From a virus, in the IMG/VR virus record IMGVR_UViG_3300021962_000044, positions 1 to 64,000 of that record: a stretch of DNA of 64,000 bases; one strand, 5' to 3'. The stretch's first letter is position 1. Each line of letters begins with the position of its first letter. The position numbers and the translations under genes were made by a program. Below the pieces are notes generated by a model. The model made no database searches. It saw only the letters and a list, made by a program, of their open reading frames with translations, and was not told the origin of the DNA. Shown one piece after another: positions 9,499 to 19,599 of the stretch.

Positions 9499-10266
9499 GT
9501 GTACTCAACCCAAGTTTTCATTTATACACAACGCCAAATCGTTGTATTATTATCAGGATATTCGCCAAGGAGTTATATGCCTCAGTATGCCAAACCACTG
9601 ACCCTACACAAGGGTGTAGATAACATGATTCAGTTCCAGTTTCTAAATCAACAACAAAAACCTGTTGATATTACTGGTAAATCAATAACATGTAGAATTA
9701 TCAACTATCAGGGTAATGAATTATTATTGCAAAAAGCACTAACCTTGCAATTACCTGCAACAGGAATTGCCGCATTAATGTTAGGTCCTGCTGATATAGA
9801 AAGTTTTGATGCTCAAAAATGTTATTACTCATTAGAGATTCCGGTAGGAGAATTTGATTATCCTGTATTCGTTGACCAAAATGCAGGTGCTAGAGGTGAT
9901 TTAAATATTGTTAATAGTGTACTTCCTAGCTTTGTACCTTCAATGCCAGTTACAATTCCTACAGGACAATCGTTCCCTAACAACAATAGTAATGGTAATA
10001 GCGATAGCAACTTGACTTATTATACCAGTGTAATTACAACCAATGATTCTAGTGTATTAACTTTGCAGGCAGAATATAGTGATTATTATGGTAATATTGC
10101 CATTGAAGGTTCTACTATTGTTGATGGAGATTGGTATCCAATATTCGCTGACACATACACAGAAGTAACAGATACAAAAGGGTATGTTGTAGAAGGCTTC
10201 CACCCATATATCAGAATGCAATTTGAAAGCAATGCTGGTTTTGTAACCAACATATTGGCAAGATAA
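9499..10266 (+). CDS. Putative virion structural protein (BppU-N-like beta-sandwich)
   Basis: FQFLNQQQKPVDITG motif; AGGAG RBS with GTG start. Confidence 0.5.
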   Translation: MYSTQVFIYTQRQIVVLLSGYSPRSYMPQYAKPLTLHKGVDNMIQFQFLNQQQKPVDITGKSITCRIINYQGNELLLQKALTLQLPATGIAALMLGPADIESFDAQKCYYSLEIPVGEFDYPVFVDQNAGARGDLNIVNSVLPSFVPSMPVTIPTGQSFPNNNSNGNSDSNLTYYTSVITTNDSSVLTLQAEYSDYYGNIAIEGSTIVDGDWYPIFADTYTEVTDTKGYVVEGFHPYIRMQFESNAGFVTNILAR

Positions 10267-10315
10267 ACAACCATAGTTGTTGATATCTCTGTTAGAGTAT
10301 GTTATACTACTACTA

Positions 10316-11293
10316 ATGTTTGATATTTTATCTATTATTCCGGGAAAGAAAAAAACAACAAGTAGTGGCTGGCACAGCTTCAACGCTATTTGTTGTAGCC
10401 ATCTCGGGCACAAACCCGATCGCAGAATGCGTGGTGGCATCAAGTTTGACGGACAAACTAATTGGTCTATGCATTGTTTCAATTGTGGATACAAATGTAA
10501 CTTTGTATTAGGTCGTAGCATAAGCTATAAAACAAAACAACTATTAATGTGGTGTGGTATAGATGATACACAAATAGGTAAGTGGAGTTTAGAAAGTCTA
10601 CAACAAAAAGACTTATTAGATATTGTTATTCAAAAGAAAACTAAATTTAAAATCAAATTCAAAGACCATGAATTGCCTGAAGGTGAATTGCTTGAAGGAA
10701 ATAATCCATTACACAAAGAGTATATTGATTATGTGCAGTCGAGGGGGATAAATTATAATGAGTATCCGTTCTTAATAACACCTACTGCAAAAGGTCGTTA
10801 CGCAAATAGAATAATCATTCCCTACACATATAAAAATAAAATCGTTGGTCACACCAGTAGATTCTTAGACAATAAAATACCAAAATATATTAACGAACAA
10901 CAACCGGGTTATTTGTTCAACATTGATATACAGAAGCCTGAGTGGCAAGTATGTATATTAACAGAAGGTATATTTGATGCATTAAGCATTGATGGTGTCG
11001 CAATCATGCACGATGATATAAGCAATGAACAAGCACAACTGCTTGCAACATTGAATAAACAAATCATTGTTGTTCCAGATAGAGATAAGACAGGATTAAA
11101 AATATGTGATAGAGCTTTAGAGTTGGGCTATAGTGTTAGTTTACCTAATTGGGAACCGGGTATTAAAGATGTCAATGATGCCGTAGTGCGTTACGGCAAG
11201 TTGGCAACTCTATTAAGTATCTTGCAAAATGCTACAATGAGTAAAATAAAAATAGAAATACAGAGGAAGAAAATTGAGAAAACAATCCAATAA
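10316..11293 (+). CDS. DNA primase (T4 gp61/DnaG-like)
   Basis: Zn-binding CC..HCFNC; TOPRIM EGIFDAL, PDRDKTG, KDVND; ATG 7 nt after a TTGATA-17-TATACT promoter. Confidence 0.85.
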   Translation: MFDILSIIPGKKKTTSSGWHSFNAICCSHLGHKPDRRMRGGIKFDGQTNWSMHCFNCGYKCNFVLGRSISYKTKQLLMWCGIDDTQIGKWSLESLQQKDLLDIVIQKKTKFKIKFKDHELPEGELLEGNNPLHKEYIDYVQSRGINYNEYPFLITPTAKGRYANRIIIPYTYKNKIVGHTSRFLDNKIPKYINEQQPGYLFNIDIQKPEWQVCILTEGIFDALSIDGVAIMHDDISNEQAQLLATLNKQIIVVPDRDKTGLKICDRALELGYSVSLPNWEPGIKDVNDAVVRYGKLATLLSILQNATMSKIKIEIQRKKIEKTIQ

Positions 11294-12713
11294 TAAAGAA
11301 TATACAGTAGAGATGCAGAAGTTGTTTCTGCAAATGATGATTACTAATGCTGAACTTTATACCAGAGTTATGAACATTATGAACTCTGAAAACTTTGATA
11401 GGTCTTTGCGTCCAGTAGCAGAGTTATTCAAAGAACATACAACAAAGTATAGTGTATTGCCTGATAGCACACAGATAAAAGCAATCACTGGTATAGATAT
11501 TGAAGTGATACCTGAATTAGTACAGGGACATTATGATTGGTTCTTCGAAGAATTTGAAGCATTTACTAGACGACAAGAGTTAGAAAGAGCTATTCTTAAA
11601 TCAGCCGATTTATTAGAAAAAGGTGAGTTTGAACCAGTTGAAAAATTAATCAAAGATGCAGTACAAATCAGTTTACAAAAAGACATGGGTACAGATTATT
11701 TTCTTGACCCTGCTGGTCGTATTAACAAATATTTTAATAGTGGTGGGCAAGTTAGCACAGGCTGGCCGCAACTTGATAGAATACTATATGGTGGATTTAG
11801 TCGTGGCGAATTGAATATTTTTGCAGGTGGTTCTGGCTCAGGTAAAAGTCTTGTTATGATGAATATTGCATTAAATTGGTTACAGACAGGAATGAGCGGT
11901 GTATATGTTACATTAGAATTGAGTGAAGAATTAACTAGTTTGCGTACTGATGCGATGTTAACTAACATGGGTACAAAAGATATTCGTAGAGATATTGGAT
12001 CAACTGAACTTAAAGTTAAAATGGTAGGTAAAAAGTCAGGACAATATCGTGTTAAAGCACTACCCGCACAAAGTAATGTAAATGATATTCGTGCTTATTT
12101 AAAAGAAGTACAGATCCAAACAGGTATTAAAATTGACTTTGTTATGATTGACTATTTGGATCTAGTAATGCCGGTATCTGTTAAAGTCAATCCTAATGAC
12201 CAGTTTATTAAAGACAAGTATGTTGCTGAAGAATTACGTAATCTTGCAAAAGAGATGGGTATATTGATGGTAACTGCAAGTCAATTGAATCGTACAGCGG
12301 TTGATGAAATTGAGTTTGACCATAGTCACATTGCTGGTGGTATCAGTAAGATTAATACAGCAGATAATGTGTTTGGTATCTTTACAAGTCGCAGTATGAG
12401 AGAACGTGGAAAGTATCAAATTCAATGTATGAAAAGTCGTAGTTCAACGGGTGTAGGACAAAAGATTGATTTAGATTATAATGTAGAAACCATGAGAATT
12501 AGTGATTCCGGTGGTGACGGTGAAGATAGTTACAGACCACAACCTAGCGCCACTGATATTATGAATAAGTTAAAACCCCAATCTACATTACAGTCTACAG
12601 AACCTATTATAGATCAATCTACAGGCGAGATATTAGAACCTGAAAACAAGAAAGTTGTAGTAGATGTTCAGGGGTCAAAGCTTAAAAACTTACTTAATAG
12701 TTTAAAGAAATAA
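11274..12713 (+). CDS. Replicative DnaB/gp41-like helicase
   Basis: GGSGSGKS, IDYLDL, TASQLNR, MKSR. Confidence 0.9.
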   Translation: MRKQSNNKEYTVEMQKLFLQMMITNAELYTRVMNIMNSENFDRSLRPVAELFKEHTTKYSVLPDSTQIKAITGIDIEVIPELVQGHYDWFFEEFEAFTRRQELERAILKSADLLEKGEFEPVEKLIKDAVQISLQKDMGTDYFLDPAGRINKYFNSGGQVSTGWPQLDRILYGGFSRGELNIFAGGSGSGKSLVMMNIALNWLQTGMSGVYVTLELSEELTSLRTDAMLTNMGTKDIRRDIGSTELKVKMVGKKSGQYRVKALPAQSNVNDIRAYLKEVQIQTGIKIDFVMIDYLDLVMPVSVKVNPNDQFIKDKYVAEELRNLAKEMGILMVTASQLNRTAVDEIEFDHSHIAGGISKINTADNVFGIFTSRSMRERGKYQIQCMKSRSSTGVGQKIDLDYNVETMRISDSGGDGEDSYRPQPSATDIMNKLKPQSTLQSTEPIIDQSTGEILEPENKKVVVDVQGSKLKNLLNSLKK

Positions 12714-12741
12714 TCCTTAAAATAGATAAATACTATTAGGA
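12714..12741 (+). promoter_or_regulatory. Late promoter in the loop of an RBS-occluding hairpin
   Basis: TCCT-taa-AATAG [ATAAATA] CTATT-AGGA. Confidence 0.55.
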
Positions 12742-12748
12742 AATTAAT

Positions 12749-13003
12749 ATGCAAAAACAAACTCGCAGCCTTCTGCAGGAATTGGAAGCTATCGGCAATA
12801 ATCGTGATACAAGTCATGTTATTGAGAGTAGAGCCCACAACATCATTACCAGTGCTATTAATTTATTAGAAATGATTAATAGGAACTATCCTAAAGAACA
12901 AGCAGAAATATTAGAGAGAAAGTTGCTTGGGGCGATTAAAAGCCGTGATCAAGGTAAGTTTTCTAAATCAATAAAGAAGAATAGCGACAAAGAGCAGTTA
13001 TGA
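12749..13003 (+). CDS. Hypothetical late protein
   Basis: 84-aa ORF after TAAATA. Confidence 0.7.
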   Translation: MQKQTRSLLQELEAIGNNRDTSHVIESRAHNIITSAINLLEMINRNYPKEQAEILERKLLGAIKSRDQGKFSKSIKKNSDKEQL

Positions 13004-14148
13004 ATTTAGCGGAAACATTAGCATTACTTAAATCTAAAATTGACAAACTATCTATAAATGAAGATAAAGGTCATTTAGACCACCCAGAAGATTTAATCTT
13101 TTTAGGCGGTAGTGAGGGTGCTAATCGTGCTATACAAGCTACTGTTGCTACAGTTAAAAATCCGGCAACTGTTACCATTAAATGGGATGGATATCCTGCA
13201 TTAATATTTGGACGTAATAGTTCAGGTAAGTTTAGTATTATGGACAAACATATGTTCAATAAGAAAGACGGCACAGGACGTCAAGTATTCAGTCCTGAAC
13301 AATTTGTACAATATGATCAAGCACGTAGTGTAGAGCGTGATAGTTTATGGCCTATTATTACTGAAATATGGCCTGGATTAGAAAAAGCTAGCAAAGGTGC
13401 TAAGGGTTATTACTGGGGTGATTTGTTATTTCATCAACCATTAAACGACCAAAACGGTAACTATGTTTTCAAAGCTAATCCTAATGGTATTACTTATAAA
13501 GTAGAAGCTAATAGCCCAATTGGTAAATTAATGAGTGGAAAACGTGCTGGTATAGCAGTACATCAGTATATTGATCCTAACGCAATGACTACAGATGAAG
13601 CAGTTACATTGGATGGTAATATAGGACAATTAAAAAATAATAGTGATGTTGCAATTGTTCCTAGTGCTATGCCAACAGCACCTAAGCTTAAGATAGATAA
13701 CACTTTATTAAAGAACGCACAGAATGCAATAAAGAAATATGGTCCTGCAGTGGATCAATTGATGAATACTGCCCCACAAGCACGTAATACATTTAATCAA
13801 TTGTTTACTGTATATATTAACAAGAAGATTGTTTCGGGCGATTTAAACAATCTTGCTAGTGGTTTTATGGATTTTGTAGAAACTAGACCTATGACTGACA
13901 AAATGAAAGCTAAGATAAGTGAACATCTTAATAATAATAAAGATGCTATTGTTGGAGCATTTACTATATGGATTGCAATGTACAACCTAAAAATGTCTGT
14001 AGTTAGTCAATTAAATAAAGCCGCAGAAGTTAGTCCTGTTAAAGGATATTTAGAAGACGGAACCGAGACACATGAAGGTTTTGTATCAAATGGCTTAAAA
14101 TTTGTAGATAGAATGGGCTTTAGTCGTCAAAATCTAGCCAGAAGATAA
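13000..14148 (+). CDS. Ligase-like nucleotidyltransferase-fold protein (DUF6267-like), probably packaged
   Basis: HLDHPED, KWDG, WGDLL, EGFV, LKFVDR; N-terminal leader ending LSINE. Confidence 0.55.
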   Translation: MNLAETLALLKSKIDKLSINEDKGHLDHPEDLIFLGGSEGANRAIQATVATVKNPATVTIKWDGYPALIFGRNSSGKFSIMDKHMFNKKDGTGRQVFSPEQFVQYDQARSVERDSLWPIITEIWPGLEKASKGAKGYYWGDLLFHQPLNDQNGNYVFKANPNGITYKVEANSPIGKLMSGKRAGIAVHQYIDPNAMTTDEAVTLDGNIGQLKNNSDVAIVPSAMPTAPKLKIDNTLLKNAQNAIKKYGPAVDQLMNTAPQARNTFNQLFTVYINKKIVSGDLNNLASGFMDFVETRPMTDKMKAKISEHLNNNKDAIVGAFTIWIAMYNLKMSVVSQLNKAAEVSPVKGYLEDGTETHEGFVSNGLKFVDRMGFSRQNLARR

Positions 14149-14226
14149 GCCCAAAACCAACATTTTTTGTTGCCAGGCATAAATAATAGTAGAGCTATAT
14201 GCTCACAAACTTAAAGGAATTTTATC

Positions 14227-14592
14227 ATGGCACAATTTACACGTGTAAACGGCGACTATCTACCAGTCATTAACTATGACGCACCTGACTATACAAATAG
14301 CGGTGTAAACGCAGTTACTTCTGGAGCAACTGTTCAACCACAAGGTCCAAAATTGGACTTCTTCACAGTCACTTTTGACGGTGCATTGACTACAACACAA
14401 TTGAATGTAGCTGTTCAGACTATTCAACAATTAGCTACAATCTATATGTATGAGTATACAGATACAGGTAATGACACATTAGCTGTTGCTTTATATCCAG
14501 TTGGCGCATGGACAACTACAAGTTTAGACACTGCATTGACTGCGGCTGTTGAGGCTGTAACAGTTACAGCTACTGCTACATTCACAGGTTAA
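14227..14592 (+). CDS. Small virion structural protein
   Basis: Thr/Ala/Val-rich; own late promoter, RBS and terminator. Confidence 0.6.
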   Translation: MAQFTRVNGDYLPVINYDAPDYTNSGVNAVTSGATVQPQGPKLDFFTVTFDGALTTTQLNVAVQTIQQLATIYMYEYTDTGNDTLAVALYPVGAWTTTSLDTALTAAVEAVTVTATATFTG

Positions 14593-14611
14593 TTTTAACT
14601 TGAACAAAAGG

Positions 14612-14636
14612 ACCCGAGAAATTCTCGGGTTTTTTT
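14612..14636 (+). terminator. Rho-independent terminator
   Basis: ACCCGAGA-AAT-TCTCGGGT plus T run. Confidence 0.9.
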
Positions 14637-14655
14637 ACCTCTATTAAATAGTAAT

Positions 14656-15114
14656 ATGAGTTATAAGATTACTTGTTATACATTATTTGATATTACACCA
14701 ACTGGAGTAATGAATCGGCATCGTCCTGTTGAAAAAGAACAAATACCTGAATGGTTACATAAAAGAAATACACAATGTAATTTTGACACGGTATTACAAG
14801 CAGTATCATTGAGAAGTCAACCTGAAATATTAAATATGCCAAAAAAAATAGAAATAAGATTTGATGAATTTGGTGATTTTGGATTTCTGTTTGAACAACG
14901 TGAAAATGAAATTTATAATTGCTGGTCTTTTGATTTTGAAATACAACATGCTAGTGTTTTTAATGACGGTACTAATGAATTAGGAGCATTGTATAGTGAT
15001 TGTGACAATGTTCCAATGATCAAAACAGACACTAGTTGGAGTGAATTACCTTCATTTTTAGATACCAGTGCCGAACTACGTAATATATATTTTAAAGTTG
15101 TAGAATATGATTAA
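14656..15114 (+). CDS. Hypothetical late protein
   Basis: ATG 5 nt after TAAATA. Confidence 0.7.
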   Translation: MSYKITCYTLFDITPTGVMNRHRPVEKEQIPEWLHKRNTQCNFDTVLQAVSLRSQPEILNMPKKIEIRFDEFGDFGFLFEQRENEIYNCWSFDFEIQHASVFNDGTNELGALYSDCDNVPMIKTDTSWSELPSFLDTSAELRNIYFKVVEYD

Positions 15115-15586
15115 ACGATATAATGCCGAAAAACAGTTAGCTAAATTAATGAAACCCAATATTATTGGGGATTTAGAAGATGTTATAATTTTTCAAAATA
15201 CTGATGGTAGCTATGAGTTATTCAATATGTATCATATTACTAAAAATGAAAATAATGAATATATAGTAACAATGCATACTACATTTACTATTCATAATTT
15301 TAACACACTTAAACATGCTGTAGCATGGTGTACATTTGACAAAAGAAATATGTTTTATCAGGCTAATAGGATATTAAAATTGGATAATTTACTAGCTGGG
15401 TTGGAAGTAGATATATCATTACATACCAAAATCTTCAAAAATGCCAAAGATACGGACAATCGTCTAATAGTTTTATCCAAATTAAGTGAGGATAAGCTGA
15501 AAAAAAGACGGTATACGGATGAATTGTACACATATATTAATGATTCTAAAAAATGGCAAACTAAAAGATTTGACACAAAACCCTAA
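15107..15586 (+). CDS. Hypothetical protein
   Basis: 159-aa coupled ORF. Confidence 0.7.
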   Translation: MIKRYNAEKQLAKLMKPNIIGDLEDVIIFQNTDGSYELFNMYHITKNENNEYIVTMHTTFTIHNFNTLKHAVAWCTFDKRNMFYQANRILKLDNLLAGLEVDISLHTKIFKNAKDTDNRLIVLSKLSEDKLKKRRYTDELYTYINDSKKWQTKRFDTKP

Positions 15587-15635
15587 CAATAAAACAAAAA
15601 AGATAAATACTTTATATTAGTCTTGGAATATAACT

Positions 15636-16358
15636 ATGAAATTAACCGAATTCGACAACAAAAAAATATCAACAGCTTCTAGAGCTTTGAATGAACACTA
15701 TTCTCTTCCGTTTAATACAAAGAGAATGACTGTAACTGAAACTAAGTCTATGCTTGGTAAAGTTCGTGGATTGATTAATGAAACCAAATCATCTACTGAC
15801 TTTTATCAAAGCCAAACTAGTCCATCGTACATGAAACTAGTGTTTATGGAACAAGCATTAGCTGACCATTTTAACTATTTACAGTCACTACCTAAAACTC
15901 GTATCGTTGTAGAGAACGAAGAAGTTGAAAAATCACAGGTTGTTCTTGCAGCCCAAGACATGGTAGACCAAGTACAAAAAATGGTTGAAGAAGTATCTGA
16001 TATGTTAGTAAAAGAATTACCAGCATTAACATCAGGTGTTCAAAGCGAAATTGGCGTAAATGAAAGTGAATCTTTCAACCAACAAGTTACTGAAGCACTA
16101 ACTGCACTACAAGCCGCATTGACACAATCTAAAGGCACATTACAATCTGCATTGAACGGTATTACTGGTCAAGGCGGTGAAATGGCTTCTGATAATGCAT
16201 TTGGTGATGAGACTAATGATATGTCTGCTGATATGGATATGTCTGCTGATATGGAAACACCCGGCGGTGAAGAAGATTTCAGCGTTGATGATGACATATC
16301 TATTGAAGAACCAGATGAAGAAATGCCCGTTGCAGGTGCTGGCCGCGCAAAGAGATAA
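15636..16358 (+). CDS. Putative head core/scaffold-like protein
   Basis: MKLTE leader, coiled coil, acidic C-terminus, late promoter. Confidence 0.5.
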   Translation: MKLTEFDNKKISTASRALNEHYSLPFNTKRMTVTETKSMLGKVRGLINETKSSTDFYQSQTSPSYMKLVFMEQALADHFNYLQSLPKTRIVVENEEVEKSQVVLAAQDMVDQVQKMVEEVSDMLVKELPALTSGVQSEIGVNESESFNQQVTEALTALQAALTQSKGTLQSALNGITGQGGEMASDNAFGDETNDMSADMDMSADMETPGGEEDFSVDDDISIEEPDEEMPVAGAGRAKR

Positions 16359-16681
16359 TGCGATTATTTGAGCTATCAAATCCAAACCCACTATTAGTAA
16401 GATTAGTTGCTGTAACAAGTCAGTTGGCTAGTGATATTGATAGTGGTGTTGAACATTCTGATTGGACAGTTGATGAGTTATTAGATTACTATAAAAGTAA
16501 TGATATCATATTAGCTAAAGATGATTTGTACGATATGATTAAAAAGCCACCATTAAAGAATAAAATTTCAAACATTCAAGGTGATAAGGTTATATTTAAG
16601 GGTCAAGAAACCCCAGTAGAACCTGAAGAAGAAGAAAGTAAAAAAGTTGTCAAACAAATGGCACAAAAAGCAATGAAGTAA
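16358..16681 (+). CDS. Putative head-associated protein
   Basis: MRLFE leader; TAATG coupling. Confidence 0.55.
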   Translation: MRLFELSNPNPLLVRLVAVTSQLASDIDSGVEHSDWTVDELLDYYKSNDIILAKDDLYDMIKKPPLKNKISNIQGDKVIFKGQETPVEPEEEESKKVVKQMAQKAMK

Positions 16682-16682
16682 G

Positions 16683-17009
16683 ATGATTACACTCTCTGAA
16701 AAAGCTTCAAATAAAATACAACAAATAATTAAAAAACGTGGTAAAGGTCTAGGAATACGAATAGGCGTCAAGACCACTGGTTGTAGCGGATTAGCATATG
16801 TATTAGAATATGTAGATGAATACACATATGAAGAATCTATTATTAATTATGCACAACCTAATTTTATTGTATTAGTAGATAAAAAGCATGATGTTTATCT
16901 AAAGAACATGAAAGTAGATTATGTGCGTAATGGGTTAAATGAAGGGTTTGAGTTTAGCAACCCAAATGAGCGTGACCGATGCGGTTGTGGAGAGAGTTTT
17001 AGAGTTTAA
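16683..17009 (+). CDS. iscA: A-type Fe-S cluster carrier IscA
   Basis: TTGCSGLAY and C-terminal CGCGESF. Confidence 0.95.
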   Translation: MITLSEKASNKIQQIIKKRGKGLGIRIGVKTTGCSGLAYVLEYVDEYTYEESIINYAQPNFIVLVDKKHDVYLKNMKVDYVRNGLNEGFEFSNPNERDRCGCGESFRV

Positions 17010-17053
17010 CCTAAATTCTTGCATTTAAATATAAAATATAATATAATAGTTAA

Positions 17054-17740
17054 ATGTACATTCCAAACAAATATAATTATGTCCCAATGAGCCGTGTAGA
17101 AATAGACGGCAAACGCAGATACGCTACACCAGATGGTGAAAAACTCCCTTCAGTTACTACTATTTTAGACGCTACTAAAAGCGAAGAATCTAAGAAAGCA
17201 TTAATGGAATGGCGTAAACGTGTAGGTGCACAAAAAGCACAAGAAATCACAACAGAAGCCGCAGGCCGTGGAACACGAATGCACAAATGGTTAGAAAACT
17301 ATATTAAAACAGGAGCAACGGGTGAGCCCGGAAGCAATCCATATAGCTTACAAAGCCATACTATGGCACAAACTATCATTAGTGAAGGTCTTATTAAATG
17401 CAATGAATATTGGGGTACAGAAGTTCCTCTCTATTATCCAAAAATTTATGCAGGGACAACAGACCTAGTAGGTATACATGATGGTGATGAAGCTATTATG
17501 GATCACAAACAAACAAATAAACCTAAAAAACGTGAGTGGATTGAAGATTATTTTGTTCAGTTAGCCGCTTATGCTAATGCTCACAATGAAGTGCATGGTA
17601 CAAAGATACGTAAAGGTGTTATTTTTATGTGTTCCGCTGATAATCTTTATCAGGAATTCATATTAGAAGGATCTGATTTTGACAAGTATTCAGATATTTG
17701 GTTCAATCGTGTAGAAAAATATTACATGAGCTTTCTGTAA
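17054..17740 (+). CDS. PD-(D/E)XK exonuclease
   Basis: LPSVTTIL, GTRMH, AGTTDL, DHKQ, QLAAY; leaderless after TTGCAT-17-TATAAT. Confidence 0.85.
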   Translation: MYIPNKYNYVPMSRVEIDGKRRYATPDGEKLPSVTTILDATKSEESKKALMEWRKRVGAQKAQEITTEAAGRGTRMHKWLENYIKTGATGEPGSNPYSLQSHTMAQTIISEGLIKCNEYWGTEVPLYYPKIYAGTTDLVGIHDGDEAIMDHKQTNKPKKREWIEDYFVQLAAYANAHNEVHGTKIRKGVIFMCSADNLYQEFILEGSDFDKYSDIWFNRVEKYYMSFL

Positions 17741-17783
17741 GAAATAATGATAAATAAGTGTAAATCTTCAAAGAATTACACTT

Positions 17784-19262
17784 ATGGCCATTATACAGAT
17801 ATCGAAAATTCAACAACGTTCAGGTAACCTTGTAGACCTGCCACAATTATCAGAAGCACAATTAGGTTGGGCAAATGATGCTAAACGCCTTTTTATAGGT
17901 GGTACCGGCAATGCTAATACTTATAATGAAAACATTGAGGTATTAACATCATATTCTGATATTACCTTTAGCCAAATAAATGGTAGTGAAGGTAACCTAG
18001 ATATTAATTCTGCCGCATCAGGACAAGTTTTGGGTTATAACGGAACTGATTGGGTTAACAAAGGCGGCACAGCAGGCGGACTAATTAATTTAGGCACAGT
18101 AGCCAATGTTAAATTAGGTGGAGGTGTTAATGGATATGTGTTACAAACAGATGGTTTGGGTAATTTAAGTTGGACTACTCAAACAGGTGGTGGCGGCAAT
18201 GCTAACGCTGCCGGCTCTAATACACAAATTCAATTTAATAATGCTGGTTTGTTTGGTGGAAATTCAGGATTTACTTTTGAACAAGTTACCGGCGCAATGG
18301 CAGTTCCAGGAACACTTGCAGTAAGCAATACAATTACCGGAACAAGATTAATATCTAATATCGCTACAGGAACAGCCCCGTTAACGGTAACAAGTACCAC
18401 ACAAGTTGCTAACTTAAATGTAGCTACATCAGGTGTTGCAGGAACAGTAACAACAGCGGCACAACCTAATATCACCTCAGTAGGAACACTAACAAGCTTA
18501 ACAGTAACTGGTAATATTATCGGTGGCAATGTATATGCTAACACAGGCACAATTGGTGCAACTAATTTAACTGGTACACTAACAACAGCCGCACAGCCAA
18601 ACATAACAAGTGTAGGCACATTAACTAGTTTAACTGTTACAGGAAATATTACGAGTGGCAATGTATATGCTAATAGTGGTACTGTTGGCGCTAGTTTATT
18701 AACTGGTACATTAACCACTGCGGCACAACCAAATATTACAAGTGTTAGCACTTCATTTACCAATCTTACATTTGCAAATGCACAAACAATCAGTGGTAAT
18801 AATATGACATTGACTACTGGCGCAAACACAAATGTTGGTACTATTACTGGTAATTGGTCATTATCTACCGGATCACAGCTACGTGCCACATATGCTGACT
18901 TAGCAGAATATTATGTAGCAGATCAACATTATGAATCTGGTACTGTTTTAGCATTTGGCGGAGACAAAGAAGTTACACTAGCAGAAGATGGAACATCACG
19001 TGTTGCAGGTATTGTTTCAACTAACCCAGCATATGTATTGAATACTGCATGTGAAGGTGAACATACCGTAGTATTAGCATTACAAGGACGTGTTCCTTGC
19101 AAGGTGCGTGGAATAATTCGTAAAGGTGATATGATGGTATCTGGCGGAAATGGCTTTGCTAGAGCAAGTTTATCACCTCATATGGGAACAGTTATTGGCA
19201 AAGCATTAGAAAACTTTGATGGAATCGAGGGCGTAATTGAAGTCGCTGTCGGTAGATTATAA
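17784..19262 (+). CDS. Tail fibre/receptor-binding protein (Mtd-N-like start, C-terminal intramolecular chaperone-like domain)
   Basis: IQQRSG..LPQL..LGWA; three TTAAQPNITSV repeats; YADLAEYY..GRVPCKV..GKALE. Confidence 0.75.
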   Translation: MAIIQISKIQQRSGNLVDLPQLSEAQLGWANDAKRLFIGGTGNANTYNENIEVLTSYSDITFSQINGSEGNLDINSAASGQVLGYNGTDWVNKGGTAGGLINLGTVANVKLGGGVNGYVLQTDGLGNLSWTTQTGGGGNANAAGSNTQIQFNNAGLFGGNSGFTFEQVTGAMAVPGTLAVSNTITGTRLISNIATGTAPLTVTSTTQVANLNVATSGVAGTVTTAAQPNITSVGTLTSLTVTGNIIGGNVYANTGTIGATNLTGTLTTAAQPNITSVGTLTSLTVTGNITSGNVYANSGTVGASLLTGTLTTAAQPNITSVSTSFTNLTFANAQTISGNNMTLTTGANTNVGTITGNWSLSTGSQLRATYADLAEYYVADQHYESGTVLAFGGDKEVTLAEDGTSRVAGIVSTNPAYVLNTACEGEHTVVLALQGRVPCKVRGIIRKGDMMVSGGNGFARASLSPHMGTVIGKALENFDGIEGVIEVAVGRL

Positions 19263-19275
19263 ATAGGAAAATAAA

Positions 19276-19563
19276 ATGGCATCAGCAATTTATACAGCAA
19301 ACAGTTCAAGTCAATTAACAACAGTAGCAACTACCGATAAAGTTCGTATTGCTACTACAACATCAGCTATAGCTATAGCAGTAGGTAATTCTAGCATTAC
19401 GGCTAACTTAACGACAGGAGAAATTATCCCTGCTAACACAGTAGACAATAACTTCTTGGTTGGCCAAGGTAATTATATTGCTTACATCAATGTAGCAGGT
19501 ACAGCAGGAGCATTCAGTATAACTCAACTAGGTGCAAATCACGCCAATACAGGCACTGAATAA
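19276..19563 (+). CDS. Small virion protein
   Basis: Ala/Thr-rich; TAAATA and AGGA upstream. Confidence 0.6.
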   Translation: MASAIYTANSSSQLTTVATTDKVRIATTTSAIAIAVGNSSITANLTTGEIIPANTVDNNFLVGQGNYIAYINVAGTAGAFSITQLGANHANTGTE

Positions 19564-19599
19564 TATATATTAGATAAATATTTTATAAGGAAAAATAAA

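Noticed and set aside
18230-18889. Long antisense ORFs (also 436-807, 43699-44064, 57507-57983 and others)
   Set aside because: Shadow frames of real genes caused by codon bias; no RBS, promoter or motifs.
17784-19262. Diversity-generating retroelement target (Mtd-like N-terminus)
   Set aside because: No reverse transcriptase in the window and no TR/VR pair differing only at adenines; repeat differences are mostly synonymous.
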